Assembly (NCBI RefSeq): GCF_964355755.1
Contig: NC_092674.1
Span: 11,098,001 to 11,162,000, forward strand
Reading direction: 5' to 3'
DNA: 64,000 nucleotides
DNA from: Antedon mediterranea
Taxonomy: Eukaryota; Animalia; Echinodermata
Shown here: piece by piece, positions 29,406 to 41,300 of the stretch
Layout: each line of letters starts with the position of its first letter
How positions within the stretch are numbered: the stretch's first letter is position 1
Made by a program: the position numbers and the translations under genes
Notes under the pieces: model-generated
What the model saw: the letters and a program-made list of their open reading frames with translations, nothing else
What the model was told of the DNA's origin: nothing
The model's database searches: none

Positions 29406-32400
29406 TGTGACTGGCTATATCCAAATTAGTTTATCGGTTTTATCGCTTGCTTTTGGTGTAGCATGTATTTGTCTTGGATATACTCAAGGATATATTGCTG
29501 TACCAATATGAGGTGCACTTGGGGTAAATGATTATTACTTATATTTTTGTTATAATAATAATAAAAAAATATCCTGGATTTATATAGCGCCTAATGTTGT
29601 GAAATCTCTAAGCTGTACATAAACTAATACGAAAAAAGAGGAATCCAACCATGCCAAAAAAAACCAAACCGAATACGCCGGCTTCATCCCGGACTCAGAC
29701 GCCTCCTGCCCTACTAAATTAGCTCTAAAACCATATAGGTGGCAAGGTAAAGGAGAAAAAAGGGGATTAATATGCTTTATTAAACAAGTAAGTCTTAAGA
29801 AGCCTCTTAAAAAGAGCCACCGACTGTGCATCTGTGTTATGATAGCTAACCGGTATAACTGCTTATTTGAATGTTTTATATTGAAACTAATATTAACATT
29901 TCTAAAATTGTGTATGTTGTTATTACATCTACATTTGATTAGGTTCATGCCATTTTTTCCCCTAACAGTTTTATCTTGTTGCTGGAATTCTGGGAATAAT
30001 TGCTGGACATTCTAAAGGACAAAACTCTTGTATTGTAAGTTACTGTGGTTGAATTTATTAATGTATGTATTAATTTATTATTCGTATAAATACTGGTAAA
30101 AGGTTTAGTCTTACAAATAAATTGTAACATATATTGACAGATTATTGGTTGTCTTGTGATGTCAATAATGGCAGCTGTTACAGCAGGAGTCCATGTTATT
30201 ATTGGTACTGTAGTATTAGCAGTGCTCACTACTATCATGTGAGTTATTAGACAATATTTATACAAATCTATTACCGTACATCCTGTAATTGAAAAATTAC
30301 TATATGCTTGCTGACAAAAGTATGTAATGAACTTTTACCAAATTGTATAGAATGTACACTAATATTTGCACCATTTACATACATAGAGAGATGGTAGGGC
30401 TGTTGATATTCTTTGTACGATAATTGGAGGCATAGAACTTGTCGTTGCAATAATTTCATCAGTCTACATGTGCTCTGGTGCAACATGTTGCTGTGGAACA
30501 CCAACAAATGTGAGTTTTTTATTTTGCTCTAAATAGGATATCATTGTTTATGTACAGTATTATACTCGTACAGTATTATATAGTATTATATAGTATATAT
30601 AGTATACTGTGAAACCTCTTTCAAAAATGACCCCATATCAAATTAATTTTAAAAAGTAGCCCACCTAAAGTACTAAGAAAGGTATGACGGGTAGGCCTAA
30701 TACTGGATTTCATGGATTTGTTATACAGTACCATCAAGCAATATAAGTATGGTAAACCTACTATTGTTTAAATGATTAGGTGAAAAACTGTGTGAATTAC
30801 ATGAGATAATTGATAAAAGTGCACATATTTTTGCTCTATTTTCAGACACAATATGCTACCTATGCAGTACAATCTGGTAATTTCATATTCTTTGTATTTT
30901 ATGGTAAATAAGTAATAAAATATAGTACGTCTATTTTACATGAAACTGCCTAATCCACATGATAACTAAAGTCTTCATGTCTCTGGTAGATGGTGAGCAA
31001 TTATTTTACAGTTTCTATATATACTTTAGCCCTTGCCATCACTAAATATACTTCTGGAAATTAGTAGTGAAATGGTGACCTAAAGGAACTTGGCTTTCTA
31101 ATTTTTAGCTATGCATTACTTTAATTCAATCCTAAATGTTTATGATGTCACATTTTTATGAATTGCCCAAGAAAACTAAATTAATGAATAATACAAAACA
31201 GAAATGGAATTATCTATGCAAAATTTGTCATTTGTATTGAAATGTTATTTGTATGGACCTAATTTACATATACTTTTTCAATTTGAGGAAAGGTGCCATG
31301 AATATGTAAAAATTAAACCAAAAAATTTACTACAGGTCAAGTTGGTGTTCAAGGATATCCTATGGTGCAGCAGTATTATAGGCAACCACAGGTTATTTGT
31401 CAACCACAGTTCATGAGTCAACAACCAGTCATGGGCCAACAACATGTCATTGGTCATCAAGTTTTAGGTCAACCAGTCACAGGTCAACCACAGCAAGACT
31501 GCGGCCACTATAACGCTAGCTGACCAGCTAGATTATTTAGAACATCCAGAAAACGAACCTCCAGTGTAAAACACTATGCATGGTTAAATGTAAAGTTGAA
31601 TGTTGATTATCTCATTCATAAATGGGTGACAGTCCTGTTCAATAACCATATTGTATTCTTCCAAAAACACTCAAGGTGTTAAAAACAATATAATGGTCAG
31701 ATTTATGTTATTACATGTAGTATAACTATATTTTAATCATTTGCTAAAACAAAATGTTCAATTTAATTGGTCATTTAAAAAATTGAAATTTGTATTAAAC
31801 TTTCCTCAAATTTATTAATCTAATTTAAGGTTTCATTTTAGCCTACATTTAAAAAGTGAATGTTGAATATAATGGCAATTTATTCGTGTAGGGAAATCTC
31901 ATATTCCCTGTCCAATCAAAGCAAAGGATGTTTGTCTTATCATTTATAATAAAATGACCCCATTTGTTTATTAGTGTAATAATATTAATTGCCATGAAAG
32001 GTTGGATAATGGGCACAGTTATCGCGAACGTTAGTTGGTTGGTAGGAACCAACCAACTCCTTGTTTATTATAAGCATAATAATATTGCTGTCGGAACTAG
32101 TGGTATAATAAGAATTTTTAATATTGTAAATTTAAACGGCAAAGATGAGGAAATCTGATAATGAGAAAAAGTCCGATCCCAGCCAAAAAAATATTTTGCC
32201 AGGACTCTCATTGTATGGTTCAAATTCGATAGAGAATTATAATATTAATACGCGTAATTAGGCCTAAAATTTCTTTTATTTTGCCTAAAAATGAAACATA
32301 TTAAAAATACAATACAAAACATTGACAATAAACAAGAAAAACAACCACAAGTGAACCTAATCACTATCTAGTAGTACTGCATTTAGTAATTGCTATTGAC

Positions 32401-32744
32401 ATGCGTGTGTTTTGTGTTAATGTTGTATGTATTCTATGTTGGAAGAATAATATTCTCAAATTAGCCCTGCATTCATTCATCATGCTTTGAACTTCCACGG
32501 GAGTGAGAGGAACATTTTTCCCACCAATCCTTCACGCCACTCAGCATTCTTGCGGCTTTCTGTATTTGATCGTAATTTACTATATCTAAATATGTATATA
32601 CTCTTTTTGAAACATACAACTGCAAAACACAGAATATTAATATCAGGAGCTATTACATATTAGGTCTAGTCACAGTCCTACAGTAAACACTGTCTGTCGA
32701 TCATGACCATGAAGATTTAATTTAAACGAACATTTGTTTTTTCC

Positions 32745-33800
32745 TCAACTCTCAACATTGCATTCACCATGGTAGAGGAAAACGACCACAGTTTACCATT
32801 TCCGTCAACGAAGAGCGCACAGCATCAGCGACAAGAATGACGTGTCTCCGACAAGAAATACATCATCTCAACAAAGCATTGGAACTCAATGGTTACAACA
32901 GGAAGGACTTCAAGTCATCTTCAACCAACAACAGCGATCCTGCAGAGTTCAAAAAGTCTGTATGTTTACCATATCTGGGACAGCTTTCTCATCGTATCCA
33001 GCGAGTACTACAAAACGCCGACATAAAAAGTATTTCATAATGCAGTCAACAAGTTGTCATAGTGTCTTCAAACACACTAGGACAAACCATCTAAACACAG
33101 CTAACCTGGTGTATACTGTATCCCATGTGAATGTGGAAAGGTATACATTGGGGAAACTGGACGCGACCTTCAAACCGAGCTCAAAGAACATCAAGGCCAT
33201 GCCAGAAGAGGAGAGCAAGACAAATCATCAATAGTTAGGCATTCTCACAAACAACAACACCGAGTTAATTGGAAAGATGCTGAACTACCGTAATTGCTTG
33301 GCATTCCAGACGAATCAGGGAAGCTATTGAAATGTACAAACACAACACTGTTCATCAAGATATTTGATTTGTTATCAGTGACATTTGGCTATCTTTATTC
33401 AACAAGAATCTTCATCGACAGTAAACCATGCCATGGTTTCTGGTCAGTTTACATTTCACAACCATGTCTGGACACATGGTATATGTTTGGCCAGTCCACA
33501 CCCAACTTTGAGACAATGCTATTGTTTTTAGCTTGTCTCACCTTGCTTTTCACACCAGCTCTTCTATAGCAAAGTTTACATTCACTACTATTGTTCATGA
33601 GAAACAATTGCTCTGCTATAGCTAGTTTCAATCCTTTCCACTTATATTCCAAGTTTCCTAGACTTTCTGCATTCTCACTCCTGAGGACGATCAAAGCAAA
33701 TTGATGATCGAAACGTCGAGAAACTCAACAGTTCTTTTTCAGAACTAATACACGTGGTGTACCGCAAACTTTATATCAACACATTTTTCTTACTACATAA
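32745..33800 (+). mobile_element. Penelope-like retroelement fragment (RT C-terminus, GIY-YIG endonuclease, pLTR)
   Basis: FTM..E....LPF; LNKALELNGY; PGVYCIPCECGKVYIGETGR...KEH; frameshifted. Confidence 0.9.
33672..33722 (+). ncRNA. Minimal type I hammerhead ribozyme of the Penelope pLTR
   Basis: CTC-CTGAGGA-C-GATC..loop..GATC-GAAA-C-GTC-GAG. Confidence 0.75.
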
Positions 33801-33870
33801 ATTTCACCTGTAAGAATTAATACTGGCCTTTTCTTTGTACACCAAACAAACCAGTAAAATTATTTTGATT

Positions 33871-34504
33871 TGACTCTATAGTTCACTATGTCGGTCGGTC
33901 GGTCTGTCTGTCGGTCCGGTATCACTATGCGTGTTATCGCTTTTCTGTACTTTTTGAACTGTTTTGATGTACAGACAATTAGTCGCGTGGGTGGACGCGA
34001 CACTATAGTTCACTATGTCGGTCGGTCTGTCGGTCTGGTATCACTATGCGTTTTATCGCTTTTCTGTACTTTTTGAACTGTTTTGATGTACAGACAATTA
34101 GTCGCATGGGTGGACGCGACTCAATAGTTCACTATGTCGGTTGGTCGGTCTGTCGGTCCGGTATCACTATGCGTTTTATCGCTTTTCTGTACTTTTTGAA
34201 CTGTTTTGATGTACAGACAATTAGTCGCGTGGATGTGACTCAATAGTTCACTATGTCGGTCGGTCTGTCGGTCTGTCGGTCCGGTATCACTATGCGTTTT
34301 ATCGCTTTTCTGTACTTTTTGAACTGTTTTGATGTACAGACAAGTTTTAACTATGTCGGTCGGTCGGTCGGTCTGTCGGGTATCACTTTGCGTTTTTCTG
34401 TACTTTTTGAACTGTTTTGATGTACAGAAAAGTTTTAAAGTACATTACTTTTTGAAAGTTCTTTTTTTTTTTTAGAGCACGCGAATTATGGCTGTTGGCC
34501 TTGT
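33871..34504 (+). mobile_element. Helentron-associated (DINE-1/HINE-like) element with an internal ~118-bp tandem array (about 4.5 units)
   Basis: AGTCGCGT...ACGCGACT inverted motif, (GTCG/GTCT)n microsatellite, 3' CACGCGA plus a short GGC..GCC hairpin before TTGTT. Confidence 0.65.
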
Positions 34505-34726
34505 TATTACATGGTCCAGTTTTGCAATCGGACCTAAACCGTACAATTGTCACTTATTTACAGTAGTAGAAAATTAAGCTGTTATGCCATGGTTATTCGA
34601 TTTTAAATGATCTTATTCCATGACTGGGGTTGACATTATACGTGGAGGATGAAAATAAATAAAAACTTAATTTATAAAAAAAAGGATCATGTGATAAAAT
34701 CAATCGATATCAGGTTGCCCTAAAAG

Positions 34727-35298
34727 TATCAGCAGTAACATATTACAGCATTTTTATTGACAAATTGGCAAAATATATTGAACAAATTAAACGTGCATTT
34801 CACCAATTGGCCTAAATGCATTAAATGTAGACGAGTTTTCAGCCCTCTATTATTGTTGCTCTTTTGGCGCTACATAGAAACTAAAATATTGAAAGTTGAG
34901 TATGCGAAAGTTTGCAAGAAACACGTCTGTAAAATCACCAATCTTTATTTATAAATAATACCAAGTATTTATTCGTTACTTTTTATGTGAATCTCTTTCT
35001 TAAATATTTTGGAGTCAAATACAAAGCAGGTGCGAAAAGGAAACATCCCCCTGAAAACCAACACAATGGAGTAAATATATATCAACAAACCGTCCAGTTG
35101 TTGTTGTTGTTGTTTGTTGTTGTTGTATTTAATTAAAATTATGATAAAAGCATTAATAAATGAAATCTACTATATTTAAAATTGTGTATAGATAAACAAT
35201 TATTGTTTTTATGTCGTATATCTTAGAATTTGTAGGTTTCGTGATCTTAGGTCTTAGGGGGTCTTAGCTCTCGTGATCTTAGGTTTCGTGACACCCTA
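34727..35298. mobile_element. Right half of the same MITE family as 2221-2576 and 27984-28024
   Basis: Shares GTATCAGCAGTAACATATTACAGC... with 2221 and ends ...TAGGTTTCGTGACACCCTA. Confidence 0.7.
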
Positions 35299-38200
35299 TT
35301 TTAAATTAATCAGAGAGTAGCTTGTTTGAAATACTAAAGTATTATACGTTTTCTTACTAATAATAACTACCCTCTGATTAATATTGGAATGAGCTAAATG
35401 ACCTACCAACCAATCATTTGATGATCTGAGTTATTGAGATATTGATATCTGAGTTTTGTAGATCTAGAAAACTCAGATATATCTGAGATCTGAGTTTTCT
35501 AGATCTGAATTAGAAAGTGATAATTGTGGTCTCAAATTACTCGCCAAGTTTATATGTTTATATTTGTTTTACTGTAATGTAATAAAAATCATAAAACTGT
35601 CAATAAACCACTAATTTTGACCTTTTGCCATATAGCCGGCACTAACATGTTATACTTTTCATATCTAAAAAATCGTTGGGCGGATGTGGTCGTTGGTGTC
35701 AAAATACTCAGAAGATACATATTTCTATTCACTCTAATGGACAATTTTTACCAAAATACCGTGAAACTTTATTTTTTACCATTGGTCAAGCAAATGGCCA
35801 TATCTCAGCCACAAATAGTCAGAAAGTTATAACTTTAGTCTCAAATTACTTGCAAATTATATATTTTTATATTATTTTGACATTTTAAATGGTACAAACA
35901 TTTGTGTGGAGCACATTTACATTTGTAATAACTAGCGAATATAGTCTTGCTTAATATAAAAAAAAACACTCGTATATTGATATCACCCTGTTGATGCGAA
36001 ATTGTATTGTAAGGATTTGAAGATTGTATACTAAACAGTTGATAATTTGTTTGAAAAGAATTGAATGTTCTACCAGTCTGACATATTTACTACTGTATAT
36101 AAATCCATAAATCATTTTATACATATTTGTGACAAGACTATGTAATGATGATGATGCCTGCTTACAGTTTTCCCGCTTTAGAGTATATTTTTTCGACAAA
36201 ATGGCTTACAATTACAATAAGATGACAACACAATATTACTTTTACATATACAGTATTACATATATTGTCATCTTCATCTCATAGCACCTTGGTAACTGCC
36301 TAAGTCAAAAAATAAAAGCGTCGAAAAATGGCCAAACAGGAACAGAAATTTCTCGGCGTACCGTTTTCCCGATCGTTCAGATTGCATAAACTTTCTAAAA
36401 AACTGATTGAACTCGTAATGCTTACCATACTTCCTAACTTGGATAATTGTCTTTATAATGTAAGATCGGAAGTGAAATCATTGAAAACAGTTACGATTTA
36501 GTACATCAGTAACGAGATTGTGTCTATATTAGGTCATATATATAATGTGACTGTTGCGATATCAAGAAAATACATTTAAATGTAGTTCCATAACACTTAA
36601 ATTATACCAATAAATGATAAAATACGCGGAAATGTCATATATTGACTTTCATGCATTAATGTACAATATGATCTGATGTAATTCGAGTTCAAAGTGATTG
36701 ATCATTGTGAACCTAGTTCTAGTCAATGATATTCGTCATAAAAACCATAAAATCCTTTCGTACAACGCTGCAACATAATTTCTGCTTTATCTTGATGACT
36801 CATCAAAAAAGCTTTTGCTATGCCTACTAGTATCTAGACTTTTAAATGTAGGGCTCTTCCAAACAAGTCAATAATTCGTTATCGTACGTCGTCGATACTG
36901 ATTAGGATTCTGACCATTTACACCCGACGGGCCAAATCAGAACAAGGCTTATATTCCATAGGCTGAGCAAATAAAACCATATTTACTCTAAAATTACACA
37001 AACATAAATATTTTATCGTATCAAAACCTTCCGCTTTCGTACGTGAGGATAATCATCAAGACATAGTACGGTAAATTCTCTCTCACATTTTACTTCACTA
37101 AAACCTTTAAAAAAGATGTATTGTCCCCGAAAACATGAAAAATGAAGATTAATTAAATCATACTTTGAATAGGTTATTTTGTATTTTTAATAAAGTAAAT
37201 CCCCTCCGAAAAAAAAAATGAGTCAAATTCAACCAAAAATCCCACTGGCTGGCAGTTTTTTCAGGTAAATAATTTTTGTTTTGATTCAATTTTTGTTCAC
37301 TGAAGTGGATAACTATTATGTGACATTAAAATGGCATATTCAACAACAAAATTATTATTATTATTGCTGTGTAGGCCTACTTGAAATCTAGCAGTATTAT
37401 GCTTTGGTTAAATATAGTCCGAGTCTACTTTCATTTGTCGTGAAAGAAACCGATATTAAATAGTTAGGGCTGACTTTTGATTTATATGCGATCTTAATCA
37501 ACGTATACGCTCATTTGCTACATATTTATACACACGTAATATCAGTCATTAATATGTGATAGGTTATTACCGCCAACTGTAGTTATATCTATATATAATG
37601 TAGTAATAGATAACATTTCTAGCAAGAGGGTGAAATAAAACGAGGCTATGTCGACAGTGTTTATAACATGATCAGTGATTTATACACTGCTTGAATACAC
37701 TTCTGAAATCTACAAATCATTTTCATTTAATAAAGGTGGTTAGATTGCCTTGCTTTATTTTATTTTAATAATAAGCATAGGCAGCGGCTTATAATCCTAT
37801 TTGAGAAAATGAGAAGAAATTTCACTGTTTTGTAAACTTAAAATCATTATAAACAACATTACAGCAAAGCGAAGTGAGCATCAATTTGCTGAGGAAGGAG
37901 GTAGGGGGATGGCCGGTGGTGGCCTTGCCAAGGCCGATACCAACCAGATGCAATGGCGTCACTCTAGCGAATTTGAAACAGTTGAATCAGATTTTAGGGG
38001 ACCTTTAAACTAGGCTCCCCGACTAAGAGTCCCCGTAGCCCCACCTGCCGCCATCACTGGTAACAATTTTAAATAAAAAAATAAAAATTTTCCTTGTAAA
38101 AATTAAATCGGAAATGAGAGTTAATTCTTACCGTATAAAATTACGACAAAGTCCCGTAGCACAACTTTAAAATATCGCTATTATCAGTTGTTGCAAATGT

Positions 38201-38303
38201 TTAAACAGTATTTTCCAATAAACAATAAAAAGAAATTGAAAGTAAAAACACTGAGAACTACTACCGTAATATACAGTCATTGATTCATTGTAAAATGATG
38301 AAG

Positions 38304-38331
38304 CATGGAGGTATAATTTTATACCTCCATG
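38304..38331. mobile_element. 28-bp palindromic P-like transposon remnant with a 7-bp TSD
   Basis: GATGAAG|CATGGAGGTATAA-TT-TTATACCTCCATG|GATGAAG. Confidence 0.7.
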
Positions 38332-41300
38332 GATGAAGCATTGCTGGCCGCAATTAACGTCACGTAATCAGCCAAGATGGTTGTTAGTTCCACATTGAAT
38401 AACTCCATTTTTAAAAAACAATAGAAAACTCTTACTTAATATAAATATTCTCTTTATTTTTAACTTAAAACGAATTCCTATTAACACGTTAAGCCGGATA
38501 TATTAATTCATACAAATTCCAGTCATGCCCGTGTTGCATTATTACTAAAACCCTTAAGGTACCTACCTGATCATCGTAGTCCATCAACTCAGAAAGCAAT
38601 GCCACGTCCATCATCAGAATATCTTTAATAAATTGCAATCAAAATTGATCTTACGGTTCAAAGTGTTAGAAAGCGTTTCTTCGGATTCTCCTCAAATAAA
38701 AAAAATCCAATTTGTCGACTATAATGGCAGTACTGATTTTCAACACGAGAAAGCGGAGAATATGATTCTTCGTTATAAATCTGGGATTGATAGGTAGACA
38801 TGTTTGTGGATTTGGTTTTAGGCCGGTGAAAAGAAATGAATTAAGCAAACAAGTTTAATGTACCTAACCTCGTCATCTCTATTGGGCGGTTCAGCATTTT
38901 TTTCTATTTTAAATGAACGGAATAATGTAACACTGTAATTAGGATGAACTGTATTAACAAAGATTACGTCTCTCTGACATTTTGTTATTTTTTGTTTTAC
39001 TGCATTCAGTCCAATTTCCTTTTAAAATAGATATACAAGTAGTCGTTTGTTTAGTGTTGTCATTAAAAACAGATCCGATTGGTGACTTTGTGAAGTATTT
39101 TGTTATTCATTCAAGAGTTTCCCTCTCCGGTCGCGTACTCTTCCATCTATTGAAAAGCGAAGAGAATCAGCACTTTTATTGCTTTGATATTGAAAATGAA
39201 AACATCGAAACATCAAAATTGAGCCTATTGGAAAGAACAGTTATGGATATACTGTATATACTATGCATTTACAAATCTTTCAGATTCTAGACGTCGATTC
39301 GGCTTAACTATACAAAAAAAATGGAAAACAACCGCTGGTGTCGCTACGTAAAAAAGAAACGAATACTTTGGCAAGTCTGGTAGAAAGTTCATATGTCCGA
39401 TACAAAATGAGTTGTCATGTACATCAGTCAATGTCATTTACAACAAATACATGAATATTCATAAACATTAATTATAATATATTATAAATGAAAAAGCGGA
39501 ATTGTGCATGCTAATGAGAGACAGATGCTTTAGCATTTTATTTTGCGCATCAAATGAAGCAAAAGAATGACAAGAAGTTTCTAGTTCAGTATATTATACT
39601 CTGATTTTATTCATAAGACTCAGAGTTGTACAAACAAGACATGATAAACAGCAGACAAACATTGAGACAAGAAAAAAAGTGCGTCTGCAATAACTTTCTT
39701 TTCACTATTAAGCATTTTTTTTAGCCGAGACATTACATGCCCCGTGAGTATGCGCCGTAGCACTGGCTTATCTCTCATAAGGCATTGTTTTTTGTGCTAT
39801 CACATCATTTACTTAGGAATTATTTTATTTGATCTAAATTTGAAATAAAGATTGCTAATTAGCATTCAAAAGTGTCCAAAAAATAGCAAAAGCAGTATTG
39901 GCTTTAGTGACTTAGGCCTTGGATGAATAAACCATGCTCGGATTATCGATTTATACGGACTATTTTTACGGACATGAACAGCGATTTAACGCTGTATAAA
40001 TGAATTACTGTATTTCCATTAAATTTAGGCAAGTTTGTTTCTTAGGGTGTTTTAATAATTTCTAGCTAAAGCATTCAAAAGGAGCAAAGCAAACCTCGTT
40101 CAAAAATGCCATCATTTTGTCACATGCTTACATGATGTCCAGACAATATTTTGTCTGTACAGTACCTTCCAACATTTATCAATATGATACCGGTGACCAT
40201 TACATTAGCGTTACACTTACACAAAACATTTTTTTACGGGTGCATTAAGCTTGGCACATTCTTTTCTTGGAAATTACATCGAAATGCATACAAGTAAAAT
40301 TATTCCTATCAGGATATATCTTTGCCCGACAAGAACATGTTGATACTCACGTCAACAAATACCAGTCAAATGCTGGTACGCCGTTGTAATTATGAACATT
40401 AATCAATAGATCGTTAGTTGATCAAAATATTCATATATAGACTATGTATATCAATATGTTCTTTTCGATTTTAGGCATGGTGAATCAAATATATTGTCGT
40501 TACATTTCTAATAGAGTGCTTAGTAAGGGTTCGACGACGACATTAAATTACCAAATCTGAGCATTCAATAAAGCAAGCTAAAAATTCACAGATAAAAAAA
40601 TCAAACATGGCCACTTCCTTCAGCCCACACGCGCCTAGAACAAACTGCCAACAAGCAAACAACGCTGCTGCAAATACTTCCGAAAAAGATTAAATTTTTT
40701 GCCAAGCAGAAAGTAAGACCAAAATTGATTACAATTTAATTGTAAGCTGCAATTTTGGCGCGAAAAATAGGCTAACATAGGCATGCGCATGAGCAATAAA
40801 AATGGCATTTTGATTTCACATAGACAATACTTGGAACTATACAGTACATTGTTTTGGAACAACAGGCTTAAAATGTCTTTACATCGGTACTTGGATTACA
40901 TAAAAATAAATTTCAAGTTAATAAATTTTATAAATGATGAAACAGGCACATAATTTTATGGTCAACCACCGTCGTTTTCACAATTACACTACAATTCAAA
41001 ATAGATACTGTATTAACCATAGATTAACAAGACAATATATTTAGTCATACAACATCCAAAGAAAGTAAGAATTGTTTATTTCTTTGTTAGATGTACTGGT
41101 ACGTATGTACATATTTTATTTCTTATTACACTTTATAAGGTAATACTATACGGACACATTTTTACTTTATTTGTATCCATATCAACTTGAGTACTCATAG
41201 TTACGTTACAAATGTATTGTATAGATAGTATTCGGAATCGAATAAAAAAAGAGTATTTTAAAATCGTCTACATTCAAATTCAATGTTACGACTGTATAAG

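Larger units (their letters stand above)
28187..31523 (+). pseudogene. MS4A/CD20-like four-transmembrane protein pseudogene; exons 28187-28297+29410-29523, 29969-30034, 30141-30238, 30387-30509, 30846-30876, 31336-31523
   Basis: GT-AG bounded exons give TGYIQISLSVLSLAFGVA / YIAVPI*GALG-FYLVAGILGIIAG / IIGCLVMSIMAAVTAG / IIGGIELVVAIISSVYMC..CCC and a Q/P-rich tail. In-frame TGA at 29509, a 1.1-kb insertion, and a phase mismatch at 30238/30387. Confidence 0.75.

Noticed and set aside
29509-29511. Selenocysteine or readthrough at the in-frame TGA
   Set aside because: The position corresponds to Trp (TGG->TGA), and other lesions indicate a pseudogene
28282-34430. CRISPR-like appearance of the tandem arrays at 28282-28621 and 33871-34430
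   Set aside because: No unique spacers, no cas genes, eukaryotic context
38568-38625. Minus-strand mini-exon MMDVALLSELMDYDDQ|GTAGGT
   Set aside because: No partner exons or recognisable homology found
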